Source: Desulfomonilia bacterium
GTDB taxonomy: Bacteria; Desulfobacterota; Desulfomonilia; UBA1062
NCBI GenBank assembly: GCA_963664325.2
Contig: CAXXDQ010000008.1
Coordinates: forward strand, 64,001 to 128,000
Direction: 5' to 3'
DNA: 64,000 nt
The translations under genes were made by a program, and so were the position numbers. How positions within the stretch are numbered: the stretch's first letter is position 1; every line of letters starts with the position of its first letter. The notes beneath the pieces are model-generated. The model was not told the origin of the DNA. It saw only the letters and a program-made list of their open reading frames with translations, and ran no database searches. Below are positions 11,388 through 19,474 of this stretch, piece after piece.

Positions 11388-11404
11388 TTGGGGCCGGACC
11401 AAGT
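11388..11404 (+). repeat. Family-B element end (degenerate) TTGGGGCCGGACCAAGT
   Basis: Similar to GGGGTCGTACCAAGT at 22133 and the reverse complement at 14173-14192; preceded by GCTTTG micro-repeats. Confidence 0.5.
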
Positions 11405-11452
11405 GACGTGGATTAATTTTCTTATGATAGACATATAGCCCCCTGCTTTATA

Positions 11453-11806
11453 TCATAAAAAAACCTTGTAGCTGATATTCAGGACCTTCCCCAGACGCTT
11501 TGCCATTTCCTTGCCAATGGGACGCTTGCCGTTTTCCATTTCGGAGATATGGCGCTGAGGAATCCCGATCAACTCGGCGAGTTTTATCTGTGTTAAGCCT
11601 TCCCGGTATCTTGACCCGGCCAGGGCCTTACCGATCAACTGGACTTCGGAACATTCAGGATACGCATCCCGCCAGGGAACGGCGTCGGATGTATCCTGAA
11701 ACCCCAGGGGTTTCAAGGTTTCAATGGCGGCCGCCATGTTCACAACAGGACCAATGAACCGTAGTTCAACGGTTTCAGTAGGGCGCTTTTTCGTGTGTGC
11801 CTGCAT
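11453..11806 (-). CDS. XRE/HTH antitoxin-like regulator (HigA-like)
   Basis: GLTQIKLAELIGIPQRHISEMENGKRPIG HTH; downstream of the RelE-like gene. Confidence 0.8.
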   Translation of the reverse strand: MQAHTKKRPTETVELRFIGPVVNMAAAIETLKPLGFQDTSDAVPWRDAYPECSEVQLIGKALAGSRYREGLTQIKLAELIGIPQRHISEMENGKRPIGKEMAKRLGKVLNISYKVFL

Positions 11807-12053
11807 ATGTCACCTCAATCAGTTTTATCTCTTTATTCATGACCTCCCATATTGCCACATAGGTCGGATGACCTTTCTTCAAGTGGCAATGGTAGCGGTT
11901 TTCGGACAGGGCGCTAAAATTTGGCCAGTCGCCCCGGATCGGCCCATTCGCTTCCATGTCCTTTTTCAATGCAACGAGAAGGTTCTGAACCTTTATCGGC
12001 AATTTTCTGACTCGTTTATTCAGCGACCGTCTTTCTGTAACCGTCCATATCAT
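11775..12053 (-). CDS. RelE/HigB-like toxin
   Basis: 92 aa basic protein with YHCHLKKG and YAGTHEKAPY; toxin-then-HTH order. Confidence 0.7.
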   Translation of the reverse strand: MIWTVTERRSLNKRVRKLPIKVQNLLVALKKDMEANGPIRGDWPNFSALSENRYHCHLKKGHPTYVAIWEVMNKEIKLIEVTYAGTHEKAPY

Positions 12054-12485
12054 GGCTCAATCCTATACCAAAAAAAAGTATAAGGCAAACGATTTCTGTT
12101 TATGGAATGGGGGAATGGGGGGGGGGACCCAATGCCCCATTCCATCTATTCATCCATGATCGGCGAATGAGCCCGAAGCGGTTTTTCTGACGGGGCCAGC
12201 TTTTACTATCTGCACGGATATGTACCCAAAATGAGTTGACGGCAAGTCTAGCTGCAATTTCGGCACTATCGGACAAGACAAAAGTGCTCAATACCATGGT
12301 ACTCAACGGCATTGTGCATTACCTAATATTTTTTGGCAGAAAATGGGGCTTTTGACAAAAATACGTCAGCGTCGTACGTGTTTTTGAATTTCTTATTGAA
12401 ATCAAATAGATGAAGCCTTTCGCATGGGAAAATTTTTTTTGCCTGTTTTTTCACCAATAATAGCAGGCCAGTATGAGGTCGTTTC

Positions 12486-13954
12486 CAATGTCATTGACTT
12501 AACGAATGGGTTTATAGGCGTAATAGAACTCCCTTTGGTTTTTATGGTCCCTTGGAAAGATTCTGCCTGCTCTGACGGGTTCTTTAGATCGAACAAATAA
12601 GCTTAGTAATTTATTTATTAAATCCAGAAGGTTGTGATGTTTAAAGAGGAGGACGATGGTGTCTTTCATTTTGGACAGGGCCTGAGTGACATTGATTTTG
12701 TAAGGATACTTTTTGGCATCGACTTGCTGATCGATGATATCCTGTGCCGGGAGAGTGAGAGCAGCCGTTATGTTCATGGCAAACATTTTGGCGTGGAAAT
12801 CCTGGTATATGGATTCGATGGTTTTGCCGGAGAAATTTTCAATTTGGACACGTTGCTTTGCCGTTTTAAAGTTTTCTTCAGCCATCCAGCGCAGGTGGTA
12901 GAGTTTTTTGAAAATACCATGAGGATAGCGCTTCGTGTCCATAAGTGAAGTGACCAGGATTTCGGTTTTTCCACCTTTGAGTTTCACTCTGATGGCGCGT
13001 ACCTGAAAAGGAACGATGGAGAGGTTTAGTTCATTACATTTTTTACGGGAGACCACGCTTGGATACAGGGTGATGATCTGTTCTTTATCCTGGGATAAAA
13101 AGAAGTTTCTGACCGAATCCCAATGAGCCTCCTTAATCCTGCTACAGAAATGCCCACCTTTGGCAAGAATCAGGGCGAAAAACCAGAATGCCGGGTAGCC
13201 TCTATCCAAAAGAACCAGGTCCCCTGTTCTGAACTGCTCTGCATGTGAAATGGCCAGAGATCTTTCTCCTTGCTCTTTTGGACAGATAAGAGCATCAACG
13301 ACAAGACCGTTTAAGACATCATGTAGCTGAGAGATTCTGGCGACAGGGCATTCACCACCCCTGTTTGAATGCCACACGCCGAAATGATCGGCAATCTTCC
13401 TGATTCTGGGGATTCGGACTGTTGAGCCATCGATGGCCATCAAGCGAAACCCTTTCCATTTCCGGCAGGAAAAGTGTTCATAGAAAAAGGAGATCAACTT
13501 CCGGTTCAGCGCGATAAAAGCTTGATGGCGAAGTTTTCTTCGGGCTTTGGTGAAGGCGCTTTTCGTGACCCTTCTTTCCGCCGTGTCTTTTTCATGAATG
13601 ATCTTGAAAAAATAATCCAATTCATCCTGAATGGAGCCCTTGATGAGATTAATGAGGAAAAAGATGATGGTGTGGAATGGAAGAATCCGTTGCCGGACAA
13701 AATCATTAGGACAGCGGCGGAATTGATCTAAAAAAGTTTGGGAAGTGATAATATTTTTAAGAAATTCAATAAGATTGGCACAATTTTTCAAACGCAGGTT
13801 CCATGCCACCTTGACCGTTTGTTTGAAGAATTTTTGACATTATTTTCTCCCTCCCGGAATTATTTTGCCTTCCATCAAAACCATGGCAAATATATCATAA
13901 CTACATGTATTTGCAAGCTAAATAAACAATTTATCCCTTAAGTCAATGGCATTG
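12486..13954 (-). mobile_element. IS4-family insertion sequence, copy 1 (1469 bp)
   Basis: 17-bp TIRs CAATGTCATTGACTTAA / TTAAGTCAATGGCATTG; 10-bp TSD AGGTCGTTTC (12476-12485, 13955-13964). Confidence 0.92.
12499..13809 (-). CDS. IS4-family DDE transposase
   Basis: AIDGST, LLDRGY, and a YREK-like motif YHLRWMAEENFK. Confidence 0.92.
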   Translation of the reverse strand: MAWNLRLKNCANLIEFLKNIITSQTFLDQFRRCPNDFVRQRILPFHTIIFFLINLIKGSIQDELDYFFKIIHEKDTAERRVTKSAFTKARRKLRHQAFIALNRKLISFFYEHFSCRKWKGFRLMAIDGSTVRIPRIRKIADHFGVWHSNRGGECPVARISQLHDVLNGLVVDALICPKEQGERSLAISHAEQFRTGDLVLLDRGYPAFWFFALILAKGGHFCSRIKEAHWDSVRNFFLSQDKEQIITLYPSVVSRKKCNELNLSIVPFQVRAIRVKLKGGKTEILVTSLMDTKRYPHGIFKKLYHLRWMAEENFKTAKQRVQIENFSGKTIESIYQDFHAKMFAMNITAALTLPAQDIIDQQVDAKKYPYKINVTQALSKMKDTIVLLFKHHNLLDLINKLLSLFVRSKEPVRAGRIFPRDHKNQREFYYAYKPIR

Positions 13955-14161
13955 AGGTCGTTTCCAAGGTCATGGAGTTAGGCCCGATGGCTCCCCTCTT
14001 TGCAAAGAGATGGTGTCATGGATGAAAAATAATGACGGCGTTTTACGTTTCATGTCCACCGCCTATGACGATGAAGAAACCATTTCATTTTTTCTGGTCA
14101 AAAAACATGATTTAAAACCCTAAATAGGCCATTTATTTAAATATTAACTCATGATTTCCAA

Positions 14162-14192
14162 TACTTAACTTGTACTTAACTTGGTCCGACCC
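14162..14192 (-). repeat. Family-B element end with tandem micro-duplication (TACTTAACTTG x2 then GTCCGACCCG)
   Basis: Reverse complement matches GGGGTCGTACCAAGTTAAGTA at 22133. Confidence 0.7.
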
Positions 14193-14347
14193 GTTTGATG
14201 TCGTTTCCTCCTTTATTTGTCGTCTACCAGCCATCTTCGTAACTTAATTTCGTTTTTAAAATCCGGATCATATGGGTGTATTGGGGGCAATCCCAATTTT
14301 GACAATATTTTTTTGAAATGATCAGGGCCGTCTTTACTTGTAACGAA

Positions 14348-14455
14348 TGAAACATTGGGGTCAGCCCTTGACACGATGAAACATTGGGGTCAGTGAAACA
14401 TTGGGGTCAGCCCTTGACACGGGACAATATGCCTTCCAACACCTTCATTTCCTCG
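14348..14455 (+). repeat. Three tandem family-A ends (TGAAACATTGGGGTCAG); the last continues into the transposase 3' sequence
   Basis: Matches the 3' end of the Y1 transposase element starting at 19475. Confidence 0.9.
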
Positions 14456-14495
14456 ATCTGTATTGGTGTCCGTCTCCTCTTTTATTCGCCTCCCA

Positions 14496-15341
14496 TTAAG
14501 GGGACTTGGCAAGACGGAATCCTATATTTGCGTATCTTAAATCTTGACCGCAAAAGTGTCTTTTTATTGAAGTACAATCCTCTGCGCTGCTTATAGTACT
14601 GCCACCCCTGATACCCGCAGTTGAACCTGAATCGAAATCTTCACCCGAATATTGCACCCACTCAAAGACATTGCCTGCCATATCATAAAACCCCAAATCA
14701 TTTGGCTTCTTCTTTCCAACAGGATGATTTTTTCCTCCGGAATTTTTTTCGTACCAAGCATAATGTTCGAGGTCTTCAGTTTTACTTGTGCCAGCCCATC
14801 TTTCTTTTTTACCTCCACTGCGAGCTGCGTATTCCCATTCGGCTTCTGTTGGCATGCGATAATTCTGACCAGTTCTCATGTTTAATTTATGGATAAATTC
14901 TTTTATTTGGACCCAACTTACGTTTTCCACCGGGCATTCATCACCACAATTATCAAAATAAGACGGATTACCCAGCCATTTTTTTAATTGCTTATATATG
15001 CCGATAAAACTCAATTCCGTGGTGCTATTATTGGGTGTGTCGCTTAAAAAGCCCATCACTTGTTTCCACTGCCTTTGTGTAACTTCGTATTTTCCAAGAT
15101 AAAAGTCCCCAAGACAAACTTCTTTGACCGGTTCATTATTATAATTTTGTTGATCGACATATGTTAATGTTGCACCCATCTGATAACAGCCGCTTTTCAC
15201 GAGTATAAGCTCTATGGGTTCAATTTTACTTGGCGCCATGATCCAGACGGCAGCACAGGCAATAGAGATAAAAGCAATAAACAAGAACATCTTAAATACT
15301 TTTCTCGGGCTTGTAGGGTCGAATTGCTTGATTTTATGCAT
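14496..15341 (-). CDS. Formylglycine-generating enzyme (SUMF1/FGE-sulfatase) domain protein with N-terminal TM anchor
   Basis: KYEVTQ, CPVENVSW, RMPTEAEWEYAAR, DMAGNVFEW, IGFRLA; low GC. Confidence 0.9.
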   Translation of the reverse strand: MHKIKQFDPTSPRKVFKMFLFIAFISIACAAVWIMAPSKIEPIELILVKSGCYQMGATLTYVDQQNYNNEPVKEVCLGDFYLGKYEVTQRQWKQVMGFLSDTPNNSTTELSFIGIYKQLKKWLGNPSYFDNCGDECPVENVSWVQIKEFIHKLNMRTGQNYRMPTEAEWEYAARSGGKKERWAGTSKTEDLEHYAWYEKNSGGKNHPVGKKKPNDLGFYDMAGNVFEWVQYSGEDFDSGSTAGIRGGSTISSAEDCTSIKRHFCGQDLRYANIGFRLAKSP

Positions 15342-15609
15342 TTATATTGAATTGAATTGATTGTTAAATCTTATTGATAAGCACTCACTTTTTGAGGAAG
15401 GACTATAAGTAAAATGTTATTGTATGTCAAGGTAAAATTTCTACAATATTTAATGGTGATTGTAAATGCTTGGTGTAGTTCTGCCGAAGAGGGCATCATT
15501 TTTATAATTTGCCGCTTTTTTCGATGTTCGAGGAACTGCATTGGGGTCACCCATTAAAAGGCAGCTGTCAAGAGAAAAAAATACTTCCTGCACAATGAAG
15601 AGCTGTATT

Positions 15610-15766
15610 GGGGTCAGTCCTTGACACAGGACAATATGCCTTCCAACACCTTCATTTCCTCGTGCAAATCCGGATTCGTGGTCATTTCTTTTGCGAATCG
15701 CTGATAGGCTTTCGCTACCGCCGCTGTTCCCATACCCGTCAATGTCCCATGTCAAGGGCTGACCCC
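15610..15766. mobile_element. 157-bp non-autonomous (MITE-like) derivative of the Y1 element
   Basis: GGGGTCAGTCCTTGACACAGGACA + transposase 3' end (~129 bp) joined to TGTCCCATGTCAAGGGCTGACCCC. Confidence 0.88.
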
Positions 15767-15776
15767 TTTGCGTCGA

Positions 15777-17660
15777 TTAAAAGGAGAAAAGGGTCCCATC
15801 TTCAAAGCGGCGGAGAAAGTGTCCCACGGAAAAGCCGCGTAAGAGTTTCGGCCAGTAACACCTCATTCCGCCATCTGCAGCAATCTGTTCGCCGGACCAC
15901 TGCATCATCTGTTCGAGTTTCTCCAGGTCCAGCGTCCGTGCCGCCAGATCGGCCTTTTTCATGCGGGCCAGCTCGGCAAGGGCCTCTTCCCTTTGCTTTT
16001 CAAAGTGGATAGGAAAGTCCGCCGCCTGGAGACCCCGGCGCTGCTCCGTGCGGACCTGTTCCGGCAGCCGGCCGACCATTGCATTACGGATCAGCGATCT
16101 GGGCACGCCCTTTTCGCAGTAGTATTCGACAGGCACGGAAAGGCAGAATTCAATCACTTTCCGGTCCGCGGTCGGATCAAGCCTCGAAATGCCTGTTAAG
16201 CGCCTGAACGCATCATAAACTGCTCCGACTTCAGGCCTGCGTAAATGGAGAATCCGCAACGCACTCGGGGAACGTTCATTGTTCCGGTCCAATGCCATGG
16301 AATCAAGTCCGTGACGATGGGCGAATTCGCGCCGGATCATGGAGTAGTCAAACAATCCTCTGGTGTTGCCTCGCGTTCTATTAATAAGACCGCGAAGTTC
16401 CAGCGGAATCCATGGAGTTAACGCTTCGTAAACGATACCGGGCCAGCGACGCGAACCGTAATGCCGCATATCCCGGGCCAGCCTGGTCATCGCCATAAAG
16501 CGTCTTTCTGATGCGAGCAGACACAGTGCCAGCCGGCCATTATAACTGATGCTGATGTTTCCTAAAGTTCCGACCAGGAGGGTGTCGAGTTTGAGTTGCC
16601 GCGCTTGCAGGCTGCTCTCATAGATCCAGTCATAGTTTGCCGGATTAAAGATCGGCTCCATCAGCTCCGCACTGAAGAGGTCCATCAATGCAAAGACGGA
16701 GTGGCGTCCATGGCGGACAAGAACATGGTCCACATTCGGCCACATCGCGGCGACCGATGCGGCGGCCTGGCCTTCGTCACAAAAACGCCCGGCGAGATCG
16801 GCCTCCGGGTGCACCGGGACCGCTGTGAAGGCATGGAGACGGCGGTTTTCATTGTTCAGGATTTCCGCAGCCAGGGAGGTTACGGTGGAGCTGTCCAGAC
16901 CTCCGCTCAACAGCGCGCCTGCGTCGGCACGAGCGGGCAAATGGTCACGGATAGCTTGCGTGAGTACATCCCGCAGCCCATCGGCATATTCCCTGGAATC
17001 CTTGAGATGAAGCGGCGAAATCTTTTCCGGGTGCCAGTAAACGTCTCGCGCAATTCGACCCTGCTCGAAGCTAAGGACGCTTCCCGGTATCATGCGATAG
17101 ACGTTTTCGAAGAAAGTGCTGTCGCTTCCGACATGGGTCAGGGAAAGCCAGCGGGCCAGGTAGTTTTCATTGATGCGGGGAGTCGTCCCCGCTGCCGCCA
17201 GCAGATCACGCAGGTCCCTGGCAAAGAAAAATGATTCACCGTGCTGCGCATAAAAAAGGGCAAAGCTTCCTTCCGGCCCGCATCCCAGCAGTAAGCGGGC
17301 TGCGGCCTGATCCCAGAGGGCAAAGACAAACTCTCCTTCGAGATATCCGGGAAACCCGGCACCCCACCTCCGGTACGCGCGAAGCAGAAGTTCCGGCTCG
17401 CTCAGCGGCCCTGCATCAAGTTGGGCGGCCAGTTCTCTTGAATTGCAGATCCTGCCGTCAAGGAGGATGCCAAAGTCGTCGGCACAGGCGCTGAAAGACT
17501 GTGCCTGAAGCTCGAGACGATAATTGCCCAGCTGGCAGAGCCGAACTGAACGCGCCTCCCTGATCCCTTGCACAGCGCCTTCAATCCCGACACGAGCCGA
17601 GACAACACCGCAGAAAGACGAAGGTTGCATGGCGCCTTCAGGTGGACTGGTTTGAATCAA
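15777..17660 (-). CDS. Lasso peptide isopeptide-bond-forming cyclase (asparagine synthetase-like, C protein)
   Basis: LSGGLDSS ATP motif, DPTADRKVIEFCLSVP; adjacent to precursor, PqqD/RRE and kinase. Confidence 0.85.
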   Translation of the reverse strand: MIQTSPPEGAMQPSSFCGVVSARVGIEGAVQGIREARSVRLCQLGNYRLELQAQSFSACADDFGILLDGRICNSRELAAQLDAGPLSEPELLLRAYRRWGAGFPGYLEGEFVFALWDQAAARLLLGCGPEGSFALFYAQHGESFFFARDLRDLLAAAGTTPRINENYLARWLSLTHVGSDSTFFENVYRMIPGSVLSFEQGRIARDVYWHPEKISPLHLKDSREYADGLRDVLTQAIRDHLPARADAGALLSGGLDSSTVTSLAAEILNNENRRLHAFTAVPVHPEADLAGRFCDEGQAAASVAAMWPNVDHVLVRHGRHSVFALMDLFSAELMEPIFNPANYDWIYESSLQARQLKLDTLLVGTLGNISISYNGRLALCLLASERRFMAMTRLARDMRHYGSRRWPGIVYEALTPWIPLELRGLINRTRGNTRGLFDYSMIRREFAHRHGLDSMALDRNNERSPSALRILHLRRPEVGAVYDAFRRLTGISRLDPTADRKVIEFCLSVPVEYYCEKGVPRSLIRNAMVGRLPEQVRTEQRRGLQAADFPIHFEKQREEALAELARMKKADLAARTLDLEKLEQMMQWSGEQIAADGGMRCYWPKLLRGFSVGHFLRRFEDGTLFSF

Positions 17661-17710
17661 CCGGTTTATTTTGCGACACTTCTTTTGAAGCTGAATTTCC
17701 AGCGGCCACG

Positions 17711-17866
17711 CTATGAAAAATGTAAATCAATATCAGATGATGGATCTACGAACCCTTCTTCGGTTTGATCCACGTCCATTTCCTCAAACGCTGGTGTCTG
17801 CCACGGTTTAAGTTCCGTTACTTCCTTGTTTGGGGAGAAAATCACAAGGCGAGAGTCTTCTTTCAT
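17711..17866 (-). CDS. Lasso peptide precursor (paeninodin-like), 51 aa MKEDSRLVIFSPNKEVTELKPWQTPAFEEMDVDQTEEGFVDPSSDIDLHFS
   Basis: AGGAGG RBS before ATG 17866; WxxP leader motif (KPWQTP), Thr near the leader end, Asp ring acceptor, C-terminal Ser. Confidence 0.8.
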   Translation of the reverse strand: MKEDSRLVIFSPNKEVTELKPWQTPAFEEMDVDQTEEGFVDPSSDIDLHFS

Positions 17867-17944
17867 GTTTCCTCCTGAAGGCCTAATCAAAGGCGATTTT
17901 GAAAAGTGGATGTTGGCACTACCTGCACACCCGAAACGTGGCAA

Positions 17945-17974
17945 AGGATATCGGAGCTGCCATCGTGCTGTCAA
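17945..17974 (-). promoter_or_regulatory. Putative internal sigma70 promoter for the precursor gene
   Basis: TTGACA-18 bp-TATCCT on the minus strand. Confidence 0.4.
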
Positions 17975-18019
17975 GGAAAAGTTACGGCATCATGGCATTA
18001 TTGCATGATTATATGTTGT

Positions 18020-18310
18020 TTATACGATAGCGATCAGCCTCTTGGCGATCATGCCTTTCAAAAAATCCGCCACACCTGTCCGGCATTGCTCCTCTTCCAC
18101 CCTGTATTCAGTCAGCAGCGCCGCCACGATATCCTTCATGGCGAGCGGTTTTTCGATCAAATCCCAGATCCGGCTCGCCACAGCGTCCAGACTGTAGTAT
18201 TTTCCGTTTTCAATGCTCATCATCACCCATTGGCCGTCCATGTCAGTGGCAACGATCCCGGCCGCACGAACCACTAAGGTATCAGCACTCAGTATCTGCT
18301 TTAATGTCAT
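18020..18310 (-). CDS. PqqD/RRE leader-binding protein (lasso B1)
   Basis: MDGQWVMMSIENGKYYSLDAVASRIWDLI...EYRVEEEQC pattern. Confidence 0.9.
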   Translation of the reverse strand: MTLKQILSADTLVVRAAGIVATDMDGQWVMMSIENGKYYSLDAVASRIWDLIEKPLAMKDIVAALLTEYRVEEEQCRTGVADFLKGMIAKRLIAIV

Positions 18311-19349
18311 TCTTCAAATATCCTTTACTTTTCGCATGGTTAGGGTTAGCGCCGGAAATAGGTCCCGCCATCAGTTCCTCCACCAATTGCGCCTGTTTCG
18401 CAACGGAAAACTTTCCGCTGGGCCTCAGCAAACGGCAGACCTGAATCTGCTTCGACACGACCGCGCAACGTCTAAAATGCTCTGTTTTTAAGCCCAGCCC
18501 GGCCAACAGAAATCGTCGATAGGTATGCCTGAAGAGCACCGCGATTTTGTCCGGACCCGCGAGCCGAATCATGGCGGCCTCGGGACGGTTCTCGGCCCGC
18601 AGTTCAAAGATCGACGCCAAACGGATTGGATTCCGACAAAACCCCGTGTCCACGGCCACGGCATATTTGTCCATCCCTGACAGGATCGTCGGAAACGCGC
18701 TGACATCCATTCCCATATTATCCGCGCTGTCTTTCCACAGTTTCTGCTGCGGATAGCCGGGTTGCACGCAGGGCACATTTCCTTCGCCTATGGTTACGAC
18801 CGACACGTCATCGCTCAGAAAACCGGAGCCGCGATCCCGCAACGCCGCCACCAGGGTGGACTTACCCGCCCCGGAAGTTCCTGTAATGATTGCGGCTTGC
18901 CCTTTGATCTCGACGGCGCTTCCGTGGATCGGCAAAACCCCGCGCTGCATGAGCAGAGCGCCGAAAGCCGTCCCGAGAAGGAATAATCTGATCCTGCGGG
19001 GTTCAGCCGCCTGATCGGGCTCTACAACGATTCGCTTTCCGTCGGCGACATAGTAACGGCCCGCCTGCGCCGCGCGGAGGAGAAACTGGTTTGCGGCCGC
19101 CTGATAACGGTCATTGCTGACCAGTGCTTCCGGAATTTCCTGCGGTGTTTCGCCCAAAACGATCCGCACATCAGGAACCCCCTCCGTTGTTTCGAGCTCG
19201 TGGAAGAAGATATCCGAAGCGATATTCACGCCGAACGCCCGGAAAAGGAAAGGCTGTCCGCGGCCATGGATTGTTCGTCCCCCATAACCCGGGGTATGGA
19301 TGGCCTTCGATTTGAGATCTCGCAAATCCGAGCATTGTTGAGGATTCAT
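18282..19349 (-). CDS. HPr kinase-like lasso peptide kinase (PadeK-like)
   Basis: PIHGSAV, P-loop GTSGAGKST, FLSDD; within the lasso cluster. Confidence 0.82.
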   Translation of the reverse strand: MNPQQCSDLRDLKSKAIHTPGYGGRTIHGRGQPFLFRAFGVNIASDIFFHELETTEGVPDVRIVLGETPQEIPEALVSNDRYQAAANQFLLRAAQAGRYYVADGKRIVVEPDQAAEPRRIRLFLLGTAFGALLMQRGVLPIHGSAVEIKGQAAIITGTSGAGKSTLVAALRDRGSGFLSDDVSVVTIGEGNVPCVQPGYPQQKLWKDSADNMGMDVSAFPTILSGMDKYAVAVDTGFCRNPIRLASIFELRAENRPEAAMIRLAGPDKIAVLFRHTYRRFLLAGLGLKTEHFRRCAVVSKQIQVCRLLRPSGKFSVAKQAQLVEELMAGPISGANPNHAKSKGYLKNDIKADTEC

Positions 19350-19404
19350 ACTGCTAAACTTACCGGTATTATTTGATAAGATTCGCTGTGCTGTTTTGTC
19401 GGCG

Positions 19405-19434
19405 AGTATAAGTGAGACCTCGTGGGAATGTCAA
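19405..19434 (-). promoter_or_regulatory. sigma70 promoter of the lasso operon
   Basis: TTGACA-18 bp-TATACT on the minus strand. Confidence 0.6.
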
Positions 19435-19474
19435 CCCAAAATTGACCACCCCTGAGTGTGATGGCGAGTGTGAT

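Larger units (their letters stand above)
12214..13980 (+). repeat. 1.77-kb segment (IS4 plus flanks) duplicated at 23047-24803
   Basis: Near-identical flanks ACGGATATGTAC...GAGGTCGTTTC and CAAGGTCATGGAGTTA in both copies. Confidence 0.9.

Noticed and set aside
14348-14420. CRISPR array from the repeated TGAAACATTGGGGTCAG
   Set aside because: No unique regular spacers and no cas genes; the repeats are transposase element ends.
14496-15341. DGR target (the FGE/CLec fold is a common DGR variable protein)
   Set aside because: No reverse transcriptase and no template-repeat copy of the C-terminal region in the window.
15777-17660. Housekeeping asparagine synthetase AsnB
   Set aside because: No N-terminal Met-Cys, and the context (RRE, precursor, kinase) indicates a lasso cyclase.
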